DNA of 64,000 bases from an uncultured Candidatus Saccharibacteria bacterium. GTDB lineage: Bacteria > Patescibacteriota > Minisyncoccia > Phycocordibacterales > UBA12445. The notes beneath the pieces were generated by a model, which was given only the letters and a program-made list of their open reading frames with translations, was not told the DNA's origin and did not search any database. The position numbers and the translations under genes are program-made. This document shows, piece by piece, positions 25,765-36,387 of the stretch (positions within the stretch are counted from its first letter, which is position 1; every line of letters begins with the position of its first letter). The stretch spans positions 196,861 through 260,860 of the forward strand of contig CAZHDO010000001.1 in NCBI GenBank assembly GCA_964531375.1. Reading direction: 5' to 3'.

Positions 25765-27555
25765 ATGAAAAAAATATTAGAAATTTTTACGAATTCTTTT
25801 AAAATTCTATCTTCTGTTTGGGAGGATTGGGGTTATCGTACTATTGTTTATTATTTTCTTGTTTTGCTTGAGGGGCTTGGTCTTTATTTTGTTTCATATC
25901 TTTCTGGTCAGATTATAAACCAATTAGGTAACCCTCAATTGATAATGGGTTACAACGGGGCTTATTTTTGGATGGTAGTTTTTATATTAACTATTCTCGC
26001 CATCCAGATTTTTTTTGCCGTTTCGTCGTATCTAGATATGGCTTTTTTTCTTTTTCTTCAAGAGAAGTTTGGTATGATGATTGTAGATAAAAAAAGTGAG
26101 CTAGATATCGCATCACAAGAAAATCCCAAATATTCTGATTTAATTGGAAGAGTTACCGAGAACAACTGGAGGGTTAATAATTTTACAGATAGAATTTCCT
26201 TAATTATTTTTAATAATATACCAGCGGTTTTCGCACAAGGTGCTGTACTTTTGTTTGCGAACCCTTTGATTTTTTTAATCTTCATTGCTCTTTCCATTCC
26301 TGAATTTATAGTTCAGACACGGTTTGCAAAAAGGGTTTACAGTATTGAAGCTGATAAATCAGAGGTGAAGAGAAGGTATTGGGAAACAAGAAGTTATTTT
26401 GATAACTTAGAATATTTAACTGAATTTAAGATATATCAAAACGCCAAACATTTTTCTGGTTTAGTAAGGAGGCTTTTGAGAGATTTTAGAGACAAGGAAC
26501 TAAGGAACGATTTAGAAAGGGTTAAGTATGTTCTAGTTTCAAATTTTTTTTCAGTAACTGGTTTAGCTATCGCAGTAGTGTTTTTTGTTAATCAAGTAAT
26601 GAAAGGCGAAATTCCTATTGGTACTTTTGTATTTTATCTGGGGACGATACAGTGGTTAAGGAGGGATTTAACCAATATGTTAAGAAATTTAGGAAAGCAA
26701 ATGGAAGATAGTTCTTTTGTTACCGAACTTTTTAATTTTTTATCTATTGCGCCAGACATAGCCAGTTCTGCTAATTCTATAAAAATTAATCACGATAAAT
26801 CACCTGAAATAATTTTTGAAAATGTAAGTTTTAAATATCCCGGTACAGAAAATTATGTTTTAAATAATCTTAATTTTAAAATAAAAGCAGGAGAAAAGAT
26901 GGCGCTTGTTGGAGTTAATGGTGCAGGGAAGACAACCCTAGTTAAGCTTATCTGTCGATTTTATGATCCGACCGAGGGTAGGATTTTAATAAATGGAATC
27001 GATCTTAAGGAAGTTGATTTACCTTCGTGGTATAAAATGATAGGAATACTTTTTCAGGATTATCCGAGGTACCACTCTTTGGTAAAAGATGCAATTTCTA
27101 TTTCACGGGCAGGGGACAAAACAGATGTTCAAAAAATCAAGGATTCAGCAAAAGCCGCTGAAGCTGATATTTTTATTGACAAATGGGAGAAAAATTATGA
27201 TCAGATGTTGGGAAGACAGTTCGAGGGTGGTGTAGAGCCTTCAGTTGGACAGTGGCAGAAATTGGGTTTGGCAAGGACTTTTTACAGAGATCCGAAAGTA
27301 ATGATACTTGACGAACCAACGTCTTCTATAGATGCGGAATCAGAGGCTAAGATATTCGAAAAAATTGAATCAATTAAAGATGACAGAACCACAATTTTAA
27401 TTTCACACAGATTTTCAACCGTTAGAAAAGCTGATGGAATAATTGTAATTAAAGATGGTAAAATAATAGAGAATGGCACTCATGATGAATTAATAAAAAA
27501 GAAGAAAGTGTATTATAAACTTTTTAATATTCAGGCGAAAGGTTATAAAAAATAA
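25765..27555 (+). CDS. ABC transporter, fused permease/ATP-binding protein (exporter)
   Basis: N-terminal TMD. Walker A GVNGAGKTTL, signature and Walker B ILDEPTSSIDAESE. Confidence 0.85.
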   Translation: MKKILEIFTNSFKILSSVWEDWGYRTIVYYFLVLLEGLGLYFVSYLSGQIINQLGNPQLIMGYNGAYFWMVVFILTILAIQIFFAVSSYLDMAFFLFLQEKFGMMIVDKKSELDIASQENPKYSDLIGRVTENNWRVNNFTDRISLIIFNNIPAVFAQGAVLLFANPLIFLIFIALSIPEFIVQTRFAKRVYSIEADKSEVKRRYWETRSYFDNLEYLTEFKIYQNAKHFSGLVRRLLRDFRDKELRNDLERVKYVLVSNFFSVTGLAIAVVFFVNQVMKGEIPIGTFVFYLGTIQWLRRDLTNMLRNLGKQMEDSSFVTELFNFLSIAPDIASSANSIKINHDKSPEIIFENVSFKYPGTENYVLNNLNFKIKAGEKMALVGVNGAGKTTLVKLICRFYDPTEGRILINGIDLKEVDLPSWYKMIGILFQDYPRYHSLVKDAISISRAGDKTDVQKIKDSAKAAEADIFIDKWEKNYDQMLGRQFEGGVEPSVGQWQKLGLARTFYRDPKVMILDEPTSSIDAESEAKIFEKIESIKDDRTTILISHRFSTVRKADGIIVIKDGKIIENGTHDELIKKKKVYYKLFNIQAKGYKK

Positions 27556-27570
27556 ATTAATAATATAAAT

Positions 27571-28068
27571 ATGGATTACTTAAATTTAATAGATCAACAG
27601 ACTCTAGTTGTTTTTATTCAGTTGATCATAGCTACTTTTTTGGGAATGATGTTGGGGGTTGAAAGAACTGTTGCTAACAAAACTGCGGGAATGAGAACAT
27701 ATGCACTAATAAGTATGGGTTCTGCTCTTTTTGTTATAATTTCTAAAATGGCATCCGTCTTGTTAATTAATTTCCCCTCGGTAAATCCTTTGTATATTCC
27801 AGCTCAAATTGTAGTTGGGATAGGTTTTATTGGTGCTGGTCTTATTTTTGTACACGGAAATACTGTAAACGGTCTTACGACTGCGGCAGGTTTGTGGGTG
27901 GCAGCAGGGATAGGTATGGCTGTGGGTTTTGAATTTTATAGTATTGCTATTTTTGTAACGATATTAACTTTATTTATCTTTTTGGTTTTGTTTCAAGTTG
28001 AAGATAAAATTAAACACATTGCTGGTGTTGGTAACAATGAAAATTATCCGGAATCTGTTGGGAAATAA
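27571..28068 (+). CDS. MgtC/SapB-family membrane protein
   Basis: GVERTVANKTAGMRTYALISMGSALF matches the MgtC-family N-terminal signature. Four to five TM helices. Confidence 0.55.
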   Translation: MDYLNLIDQQTLVVFIQLIIATFLGMMLGVERTVANKTAGMRTYALISMGSALFVIISKMASVLLINFPSVNPLYIPAQIVVGIGFIGAGLIFVHGNTVNGLTTAAGLWVAAGIGMAVGFEFYSIAIFVTILTLFIFLVLFQVEDKIKHIAGVGNNENYPESVGK

Positions 28069-28071
28069 TTT

Positions 28072-31000
28072 TTATTTACTTAGCTCTTTTACTGCATCCG
28101 CGATTACGCTTACGGAATCGTTTCTTAAAGATAGGGCGCCCTTGATTGCAACTATTTTGTCTGGTAAAAGAATATCTTTGAACTGAGCTAGTGTTTTTGG
28201 GAAAACAACAATTTCCATTGAGTCAGAAAAATCGCTTATTTTAACGAAAGCCATTTGCTCGTTCTTCTTTGTGGTTATGTTTTTGATTTCGTTTATTATT
28301 CCGGCCACAACGACAGGTTTTCCATTGCCCAATTTTTTAATATACTGAATGGTGTTTTCTTGTTTCTTGAATTTTTCTTCAAAAGCTTGAAGTGGGTGTC
28401 CAGACAAATAGAGACCTAGTAATTCCTTTTCCCAGTCGAGTCTTTCTTTTAGCGTTGCTGGTGGGAAGTCTTTTAATTTAAAATCAGGGGCACTGCTTTT
28501 GTCTGTTAAGAGACCAAAGAGGGAAGCTTGTGCACCGTTATCTTTCGAAAGCTCTTTGTTATAAGAAAGAGCGTTGTCCATGTTTTGAAGCAACATACCC
28601 CTTTCACCAAAGCTGTCCATTGCGCCCCCCTTAACAAGTGCCTCGAGTGATTTTTTATTTAAGTTTCGATGCTTTACCCTAGAAAGAAAATCGCCATATG
28701 TTTTAAACGGTCCATTGTTTTTTCTCTCCTCAATTATAAAGTTACCAATTTCTGTTCCAAGATTTTTAATTGCATTAAGACCAAAGCGAATCATGTCTTT
28801 GTTCTTTCCGGTGCCATCTTTTTTTATCACGGTAAAACTGATAAAACTTTCATTTACATTTGGTGGTAGAACAGGTGTTCCCATTCTGTTGCATTCATTT
28901 ATGATTTCTCCAATTTTCTCAATGTCGTCAGATTCTGCTGTTAAAACCGCCGCCATGTATTCAGCTGGGTAGTTTGCTTTCATGTATGCAGTTTGGTACG
29001 CGACTCTTCCGTAGCTTGCGGCGTGGGCTTTGTTGAATCCATAAGCAGCAAATGGTTCAATGAGTGTCCATAGTTCTTGAGATTTAGCCTCACTCAATCC
29101 GTTTTTAACAAAACCAGTAAGAAGTTTTTCTTTTTGGGCGGCCATCTCTTCTGGGATTTTTTTACCCATAGCTTTTCTTAACTTGTCAGCTTCAAGCCAC
29201 GAATATCCAGCAAGTTTTATAGCAATTAACATGACATCGTCCTGGTAGGTAATAACACCGAAAGATTTATCAAGAATGGTTTCTAGTCTCTTGTCCATAA
29301 ACTTAACCAATTTTGGGTTATGTTTTCTTTCGATATACATCGGAATGGATTCGATAGGGCCTGGACGATAGAGTGCCACCATCGCGTTTATGTCGTGTAT
29401 GGTGCTTGGTCTGAGCTCTTTGAGGTATTTAGTCATTCCATCGCCGTTCAGTTGAAATAGGCCCATTGTCTCTCCTTTGGCAAGCATTTCAAAAGTCTTC
29501 TTGTCATCCATCGGCATGTTGTCTATGTCGACAAAAATTCCCAAATGCTCTTTAACTAATCGGACCGCATCTCCCAGGATTGCCAGGTTTCTTATACCAA
29601 GGAAGTCAAACTTAAGAAGTCCCATATCCTCAACGACGTGCATGTCATATTGGGTGATGACTTTATTTCCACGAGGTTCTAGCTGTAATGGCGTCCATTC
29701 GATAAGTGGTGTTGGTGCGATGACGACCCCAGCAGCGTGTACGCTGCAGTGTCTTACTGTACCCTCAATTTTCATTGCTAGGTCTAAAATTTCTTTTGCA
29801 TCTTTTTCTTCGTCATAAATCTTTTTAAGTTCAGGAACTTCAACCATCGCTTTCTTGATTGTCATGGGAAAACCTTGCGCGCCCATCGGAATTAATTTTG
29901 AAAGCCTATCTCCGACCTCATAAGGGAAGGCGAGTGCGCGTGCGACGTCTCTTACTGAGCCACGTGCCATCATAGTTCCAAAAGTTCCTATCTGAGCAAC
30001 TTTGTCTGCGCCATATTTTTGTTTGGCATATTCAATAACCTCGTCGCGTCTATTGTCGGCGTAGTCCATGTCGATGTCGGGAGCTGATGGTCTTTCTGGG
30101 TTTAAGAATCTTTCAAATGGTAATCCAAATACAAGCGGATCGACGTTTGTAATAAAGTTTAAATAAGTAACAATAGAACCTGCGACTGAACCTCTAATGT
30201 TTGTAAGAATATCTTTACTTCTGGCAAAACGAAGAAGGTCCGCCACTACAAGAAAATATGGAGAATAACCCTTATCTTTAATAATTTTTAATTCATATTC
30301 GATTCTATTTGTAATCTCGGTTGTGGGTTCAAGACCTCTTCTTTTAATGCCCTCAAAAGTTAATTTTCTTAATTCTTCATCTGCTGTCAATCCTTCTGTA
30401 ATTTCAATTTTTGGGAAAACCCAATTACCGAAAGTAAGATTTAAATCAACCATTTCTCCTATTTTAACTGTACTTTCTAGAGCCGAGGTGTTTTCTTTAA
30501 AAAGCTCATTCGCTTCTTCTGTACTTACAAAAGAAAAGTCTTCGACTATGTTAGACATACGATCTTCATCTGTGATGTCGGTGTTTGTCTGTATTGCAAC
30601 AAGAGTGTCGTGCGCCTTGTTATCATCATGTCTTAGGTAGTGTGAGTCTTGGGTTCCCACCAGCGGTATATTTAGTTCCTTTGAAAGTTTTACTAGTTCA
30701 TCTCTAATTTCCAAAAATCTTTCGAGCTTTGGGTGGTGCATTATTTCTATAAAATAATTTTCCTTTCCAAAGATGTCCTGATATTCAAGAGCAAGAAGTT
30801 TTGCTTTTTCATAATCTTTATTCCATAGCGCCTGAGAAAGCTCGCCACCAAGACACCCAGAAAGACAAATTACACCCTTGTGACAGTCGCGTAGTAATTG
30901 CTTGTCCATTCTTGGTTTATAGTAATAACCCTCGAGATTTGAGAGCGTTACCATTTTTACAATATTATTGTAACCGTCTTTGTCTTTTGCGAGTAACGTA

Positions 31001-31266
31001 AGGTGATATCTTTTATTGTCTAAGTTTGGTCTTTTATCAAAGCGTGTATTGTTTGCAATATATGCTTCAACCCCAATTATTGGTTTTATGCCTTCCTTTT
31101 TTGCTTTTTGATAGAACTCAATGGCACCATACATGTTTCCGTGATCAGTGATTGCAATTGCTGGCATTTCTTCTTTCTTTGCAAACTTTATAATTTCGCT
31201 CGGCTTAGAAAGACCATCAAGTAGGGAGTAATGCGTATGTGTGTGTAGGTGGACAAATTTATTCAT
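28072..31266 (-). CDS. dnaE: DNA polymerase III alpha subunit
   Basis: PHP domain FVHLHTHTHYSLLDG, polymerase core, and OB-fold C-terminus. Confidence 0.95.
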   Translation of the reverse strand: MNKFVHLHTHTHYSLLDGLSKPSEIIKFAKKEEMPAIAITDHGNMYGAIEFYQKAKKEGIKPIIGVEAYIANNTRFDKRPNLDNKRYHLTLLAKDKDGYNNIVKMVTLSNLEGYYYKPRMDKQLLRDCHKGVICLSGCLGGELSQALWNKDYEKAKLLALEYQDIFGKENYFIEIMHHPKLERFLEIRDELVKLSKELNIPLVGTQDSHYLRHDDNKAHDTLVAIQTNTDITDEDRMSNIVEDFSFVSTEEANELFKENTSALESTVKIGEMVDLNLTFGNWVFPKIEITEGLTADEELRKLTFEGIKRRGLEPTTEITNRIEYELKIIKDKGYSPYFLVVADLLRFARSKDILTNIRGSVAGSIVTYLNFITNVDPLVFGLPFERFLNPERPSAPDIDMDYADNRRDEVIEYAKQKYGADKVAQIGTFGTMMARGSVRDVARALAFPYEVGDRLSKLIPMGAQGFPMTIKKAMVEVPELKKIYDEEKDAKEILDLAMKIEGTVRHCSVHAAGVVIAPTPLIEWTPLQLEPRGNKVITQYDMHVVEDMGLLKFDFLGIRNLAILGDAVRLVKEHLGIFVDIDNMPMDDKKTFEMLAKGETMGLFQLNGDGMTKYLKELRPSTIHDINAMVALYRPGPIESIPMYIERKHNPKLVKFMDKRLETILDKSFGVITYQDDVMLIAIKLAGYSWLEADKLRKAMGKKIPEEMAAQKEKLLTGFVKNGLSEAKSQELWTLIEPFAAYGFNKAHAASYGRVAYQTAYMKANYPAEYMAAVLTAESDDIEKIGEIINECNRMGTPVLPPNVNESFISFTVIKKDGTGKNKDMIRFGLNAIKNLGTEIGNFIIEERKNNGPFKTYGDFLSRVKHRNLNKKSLEALVKGGAMDSFGERGMLLQNMDNALSYNKELSKDNGAQASLFGLLTDKSSAPDFKLKDFPPATLKERLDWEKELLGLYLSGHPLQAFEEKFKKQENTIQYIKKLGNGKPVVVAGIINEIKNITTKKNEQMAFVKISDFSDSMEIVVFPKTLAQFKDILLPDKIVAIKGALSLRNDSVSVIADAVKELSK

Positions 31267-31423
31267 GAAAATTTATTATCGTTGCCATTATACCAGGTGA
31301 ATATATTTATATAAGGGTTGATAAAATAAGTTTTTTGTTTTAAAAAATAAAAATCAATATTTAGTAATATTTAATTAATTTTAATAGCTGGATATATTAT
31401 TTTTTGCTGGTATAATCGAATTA

Positions 31424-31912
31424 ATGGAAAATAAAGAATGGAGTTTTCGTAAAAAAATTAGAACAGTCTTAATTACAGCTCTTTCGATTTTATCTTTAGA
31501 TGCTGGCCCTGCTGTTGCGCAAATTAAAGAACGAGCGACCGGTAAAAACAATAAAATTGAGGAAGTATCAGGATTTGATATTGAAAATGGAAAGAAAAAT
31601 TTAAGAATAATTTTTCAGAGTATTTGTCGTGATCGAATTGATCGAGATGGTGACGATTTACTCGTGCATCTAGGTGGACCAGATGGTTTTTTTAGGCTTA
31701 GGCCTGCTTTATTAAAAGAACTTGTTATAATTTGTGATAAAAAAACTGGAGATAATCCTGTTTTGCTAAAAAATCTAAAAATAATTGTTATAGATAAAAT
31801 ACTAACTGTGAGTGAAAAAATAAAAGAAAATGAGTTAACTCAAAAATTTTTAGAAATTAAGAAAAGTGCTGAGCAGGCGACAAGCGATATGAAGCAACCT
31901 ATTATTCAATAA
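31424..31912 (+). CDS. hypothetical secreted protein (162 aa, signal peptide)
   Basis: N-terminal hydrophobic signal-like segment VLITALSILSLDAGPAVA. Confidence 0.45.
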   Translation: MENKEWSFRKKIRTVLITALSILSLDAGPAVAQIKERATGKNNKIEEVSGFDIENGKKNLRIIFQSICRDRIDRDGDDLLVHLGGPDGFFRLRPALLKELVIICDKKTGDNPVLLKNLKIIVIDKILTVSEKIKENELTQKFLEIKKSAEQATSDMKQPIIQ

Positions 31913-31917
31913 AACAA

Positions 31918-32721
31918 ATGAAAATTGGAGTTTTTGATTCAGGTCTGGGAGGATTAATTATTTTTAAGGAGCTTATAAAGAAGTTTCCATTACACGATTT
32001 TGTGTATTTGGGCGATGTTAAAAGATTGCCTTATGGAAGTCGTTCTGACGAAACTATTTTTGAGTACACAAAGCAGGCTGTCGAATATTTATTTGAAAAA
32101 AGAAATTGTAAGTTAATAATTTTGGCTTGTAATACAGCATCGGCACGCGCACTTCGAAGAATTCAGCAAGAATTACTTCCAATTAGGTACCCCGATAGGC
32201 GAGTGCTTGGCGTAATTATTCCGACTGTTGAAGATATTGTGGTCTTAAGTCCTTCTGTTGTTGGCGTCTTGGCGACTTCAGCTACAGTGAGATCTGGCGT
32301 TTATAAAACGGAGTTAAATAAATTAAATAAAAAAATAAAAGTTTTTGAAAAATCAGCGCCTTCCTTGGTGACATTAATTGAAAATGATGAAATTAATTTT
32401 ATTGAACCAATTTTAAAAAATTATCTTAGTTTCTTTTTAAATAAAAAAATAGACACTCTTGTTCTTGGGTGTACACACTACCCAGTATTAAAAAAACAAA
32501 TAAAAAAAATAATAGGAAATAAAATAAAAATTATTTCACAAGAAGAGATTATTCCAAGAAAATTGAAAGATTATTTATTAAGACACCAAGAAATAGAAAA
32601 AGAAATAACTAAGAATGGTGATAGGCAGGTTTTGGTTACAGAGATTACCGATGCTTTTGGTAAACTATCAAAAAAATGGTTAAAAAATAATACTATTTTA
32701 GAAAAAGTCGTTTTAGAATGA
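31918..32721 (+). CDS. murI: glutamate racemase
   Basis: IGVFDSGLGG...YLGDVKRLPYG...ACNTAS are MurI motifs. Confidence 0.85.
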   Translation: MKIGVFDSGLGGLIIFKELIKKFPLHDFVYLGDVKRLPYGSRSDETIFEYTKQAVEYLFEKRNCKLIILACNTASARALRRIQQELLPIRYPDRRVLGVIIPTVEDIVVLSPSVVGVLATSATVRSGVYKTELNKLNKKIKVFEKSAPSLVTLIENDEINFIEPILKNYLSFFLNKKIDTLVLGCTHYPVLKKQIKKIIGNKIKIISQEEIIPRKLKDYLLRHQEIEKEITKNGDRQVLVTEITDAFGKLSKKWLKNNTILEKVVLE

Positions 32722-33311
32722 TAAATAAAATTGAGCGATTTATTGGTATAGACGAAGTTGGAAGAGGTCCGCTCGCCGGGCCAATTACTTTATGTGCAAT
32801 GTCTTTTTCTTCAAGAAATTTGGAGATTTTTAATGGAATTAAGGACTCAAAAAAACTTACAGAAAAAAGTAGAAATGAATGGTATGGAAAAATACATGAA
32901 GAAAAAAATATTGGTAGAATAAATTTTTCTATTTCTTCTGCAAGTAACTTTGATATTGATAAATTTGGTTTATCAAAAGTAATTAAATTGGCTATTGAAA
33001 ATATTTTGAAAGAATTAGAATGCGATCCAGCTGGTTCGTTTATTTTATTGGATGGAAGTCTTTATGCTCCTTCGGAATATAAACAGCAAGAGACGATTAT
33101 AAAAGGTGATGAGAAGGAGCAAGTTATTTCAACCGCATCTGTGGTTGCAAAAGTTTATCGTGATTTATTGATGATTGAATATTCGAAAAAATACCCACAA
33201 TATGGTTTTGAAAAACACAAAGGTTATGGAACAAAGGCTCACTATGAGGCTATTAAAAAATATGGAATTTGTGAAATCCACCGTAAAAGTTTTCTTAAGG
33301 ACATTATTTAA
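32718..33311 (+). CDS. rnhB: ribonuclease HII
   Basis: GIDEVGRGPLAGP catalytic DE motif. Overlaps the murI stop by 4 nt. Confidence 0.85.
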   Translation: MINKIERFIGIDEVGRGPLAGPITLCAMSFSSRNLEIFNGIKDSKKLTEKSRNEWYGKIHEEKNIGRINFSISSASNFDIDKFGLSKVIKLAIENILKELECDPAGSFILLDGSLYAPSEYKQQETIIKGDEKEQVISTASVVAKVYRDLLMIEYSKKYPQYGFEKHKGYGTKAHYEAIKKYGICEIHRKSFLKDII

Positions 33312-33321
33312 TGCACGCTTC

Positions 33322-33330
33322 ATGTCTTTT
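33322..33330 (+). promoter_or_regulatory. extended -10 TGgTAGAAT
   Basis: TGGTAGAAT lies 41 nt upstream of the dCMP deaminase ATG. Confidence 0.3.
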
Positions 33331-33370
33331 TGGTAGAATATAAAATATATTATAAAGATAAGGAACAATA

Positions 33371-33832
33371 ATGGTAAAACCAAGAGAAAACGCTATATCG
33401 TGGGATGAATGTATGATGAGAATCGCAAAGATTATCGCAGAAAGGTCAAAAGACCCGCAAACCCAAGCTGGATCGGTTGTTGTGACTCAAGATAATGTTG
33501 TCGTTGGGGTAGGCTATAACGGTCTTCCTAGGGGCCTTAAAAACGAAGATTTTCCATGGGAAAGAGAAGGGGATTTTTTGAATGTAAAATATTCATATAT
33601 TTGCCATGCGGAGGAAAATGCAATTTATAATTCAAATAGTTCTACAAAAGGTTGTAAAATTTACGCAACACTTTTTCCTTGTAATGAGTGTACAAAAACG
33701 ATAATTCAGAATGGGATTATAGAGGTTGTTTATGAAAGCGATAAATATCATGACACACCGTCTGTAATTGCTTCTAGAAAAATGCTAGATGCGGCTGGAA
33801 TAAAATGTAGACAATATATAAGTAAAAACTAA
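33371..33832 (+). CDS. dCMP deaminase (cytidine/deoxycytidylate deaminase family)
   Basis: Zinc-binding CHAEENAI...PCNECTK motifs. Confidence 0.8.
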   Translation: MVKPRENAISWDECMMRIAKIIAERSKDPQTQAGSVVVTQDNVVVGVGYNGLPRGLKNEDFPWEREGDFLNVKYSYICHAEENAIYNSNSSTKGCKIYATLFPCNECTKTIIQNGIIEVVYESDKYHDTPSVIASRKMLDAAGIKCRQYISKN

Positions 33833-33842
33833 AATTTAAAAC

Positions 33843-35570
33843 ATGGCATTAGGAAATAATTTTATGATCAATAAAAAAAGCATTATTCTATTTCTAATAT
33901 TCTTTTTATTACCATTTTTTTCTAACGCAGAAGAGCGTATAAATAATTTTGATGTTACTGTTGGGGTAAATAATGACTCAACTATCAATGTTATCGAAAA
34001 TATTAAATATGATTATGATAACCTCCAGAATGGGATTGAGAGACACGGTCTTTATAGGGATATTCCTTATACTTACCAGGCATCGTATGGTACTTTTAAT
34101 TTTGATTTTTCTGATGTAAAAGTTAACACAGATAATTTTGAATCATATGATTATGGGGATTATTTGAGAATAGACACCAATCCAGACCCAGATATCCATG
34201 TTTCAGGTGTCAAAGATTACTCTTTTGAATATAAAGTTGGTGGAGCAGTTGGTTATTTTGAAGATTTTGATGAGATTTATTGGAATTCTACAGGTAATGA
34301 ATGGAACGTTCCAATCGACATTGCTACTGCTAAAATTATCTTACCAAAGCCACTTCCAAAAGATAAAATTAAGGTATCTTGTTACGAAGGCTATTCAGGT
34401 AGCGTAGAAAATTGCACAAGCAATTTTGTTGAAAATAACGGACTTGTAGAAGCGGTGATTTTTTCTGCGACTAGAAATTTGGGCCCACAGGAAGGAATAA
34501 CTGTTGCAGTTGGTTTTCCAAAGGGAATTGTTTATGAACCAACTGCAATGGAGAGAACCACTAAGGCAATAAAGGATAATTTGATTTTTACTCTTCCTGT
34601 TTTTGTATTTCTTATAATGTTTTATCTTTGGTACACAAAGGGGCGTGATCCAAAGGGGAGTGGTGTGATTGTTCCTCAGTATGATGTGCCAGACGGACTT
34701 ATACCGATGGAGATGTCCGTTATTGTTCATCAGAGAGTAAGGAGTGAGGATATTTCTGCTGAGATAATAAACTTGGCAATAAAAGGTTTGATTAAGATAA
34801 ATAAGATAGAAACCCAAGGTATTATTTTTAAAAGCACGGATTATGTTTTTGAATTATTAAATAGACCTTCTGGTGTTAAAATTAGCAAAATTCAAGAAAA
34901 GTTGCTTGATTCTTTATTTGGTATTAAGACAGAGGTCAAGTTATCTGATTTAACAGAAAAATTTTACAAAAAATCTGAAGTAATAATGGAGGAGGTTATT
35001 GATAAGGTCGTTTCCGATGGTTATTATGTTAGTAATCCGCAAGACGCAAGGGCGAAATATGCAATTATTGCGATAATATTGTTTTTTGTATCAATATATT
35101 CATCTATTCTTATTGGTTCAGGTTTTATACTTGTATCAATAATTTCTTTTATAATAATCTTTTCTTTTTCTTTTCTTATGTCAAAAAAGACAGAGAAGGG
35201 AGTCTTGGTCTACGAGTATATTTTAGGATTAAAAGACTATCTGCAAATCGCAGAGAAGGATAGAATTAATTTCCACAACGCTCCAGATAAAAGACCAGAA
35301 ATTTTTGAGAAATTATTACCTTACGCAATGGTGCTCGGCGTAGAAAAAGCTTGGGCTAAAGAATTTGAGGATATCTATACAACTCCACCTAATTGGTATC
35401 ATGACACAAGTGGTGGCAGTTTTAATTCGGTACTTTTTACTAATAGTATGAGTTCATTCAGTTCATATGCCAGCAGTACTCTTACGTCAGCTCCCGGCGG
35501 TCATAGCGGTTCAGGAGGAGGTGGATCGTCTGGGGGTGGGGGCGGTGGAGGAGGGGGAGGGAGCCATTAA
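33843..35570 (+). CDS. DUF2207-family membrane protein with a Gly-rich C-terminal tail
   Basis: Signal peptide and large extracytoplasmic domain. Two TM segments near residues 245 and 400-440. Tail GGHSGSGGGGSSGGGGGGGGGGSH is typical of DUF2207. Confidence 0.5.
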   Translation: MALGNNFMINKKSIILFLIFFLLPFFSNAEERINNFDVTVGVNNDSTINVIENIKYDYDNLQNGIERHGLYRDIPYTYQASYGTFNFDFSDVKVNTDNFESYDYGDYLRIDTNPDPDIHVSGVKDYSFEYKVGGAVGYFEDFDEIYWNSTGNEWNVPIDIATAKIILPKPLPKDKIKVSCYEGYSGSVENCTSNFVENNGLVEAVIFSATRNLGPQEGITVAVGFPKGIVYEPTAMERTTKAIKDNLIFTLPVFVFLIMFYLWYTKGRDPKGSGVIVPQYDVPDGLIPMEMSVIVHQRVRSEDISAEIINLAIKGLIKINKIETQGIIFKSTDYVFELLNRPSGVKISKIQEKLLDSLFGIKTEVKLSDLTEKFYKKSEVIMEEVIDKVVSDGYYVSNPQDARAKYAIIAIILFFVSIYSSILIGSGFILVSIISFIIIFSFSFLMSKKTEKGVLVYEYILGLKDYLQIAEKDRINFHNAPDKRPEIFEKLLPYAMVLGVEKAWAKEFEDIYTTPPNWYHDTSGGSFNSVLFTNSMSSFSSYASSTLTSAPGGHSGSGGGGSSGGGGGGGGGGSH

Positions 35571-35644
35571 AATAATTACGAATTTAGACTATACAACAAA
35601 CCATTGACTTGAAATAATGTCAATGGTTTGTTATATTCATATTA

Positions 35645-36286
35645 ATGAACTTTCATGTAATCACATTATTTCCAGAAATGTTTCAGACTTATTTAAATGA
35701 GTCGATTTTAAAGCGTGCAAAAGAAAATGGTTTAATTAATTTTAAAATATACAATCCCCGAGATTATTCTGATGATAAGCACCATAAAGCTGATGACAGG
35801 CCTTATGGCGGGGGGCCGGGGATGGTAATGTATGCCGAACCAATATTAAAAGTTGTGGATGAAATTCGTAATCAAGTTAAAAAAAGTAACGTATTTATTA
35901 TGTCACCTCGTGGTAAGCAGCTCACAAATGAAGTTGCGAAAAATATTGCGAAGGGGAGGGGCGGAATAAAAGATATTATTTTAATATGTGGAAGGTATGA
36001 AGGTATTGATTCTCGCGTTAAGAAAATTTTAAAGGCAGAAGAGATTTCAGTTGGCCCATTCGTTGTGACGGGGGGAGAACTTCCTGCAATGATAATAATT
36101 GATTCAGTCGCAAGGCAAATAAAAGGCGTGTTGGGTAAATTTGAATCTTTGGAAGAAGAAAGAATCTCAAGCGGGGAGATGTATACTCGTCCAGAAGTCT
36201 TAAATTGGAAAGGCAAAAATTATAAAGTTCCGAAAGTTCTTTTGTCTGGAAATCATAAGGATATTGAGGAATACAAGAAGAATTAA
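35645..36286 (+). CDS. trmD: tRNA (guanine37-N1)-methyltransferase
   Basis: ITLFPEMF...DDRPYGGGPGMVM is the TrmD SPOUT signature. Confidence 0.9.
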   Translation: MNFHVITLFPEMFQTYLNESILKRAKENGLINFKIYNPRDYSDDKHHKADDRPYGGGPGMVMYAEPILKVVDEIRNQVKKSNVFIMSPRGKQLTNEVAKNIAKGRGGIKDIILICGRYEGIDSRVKKILKAEEISVGPFVVTGGELPAMIIIDSVARQIKGVLGKFESLEEERISSGEMYTRPEVLNWKGKNYKVPKVLLSGNHKDIEEYKKN

Positions 36287-36387
36287 AATAATGTTATTTT
36301 TGTCTTTGTGGTAAATTAAAGACAAAATTATCTTTATTTGCTAGTATGTTTTTGGTAAAAATCGTACCTTGAAAGGGGAAAGGATGC

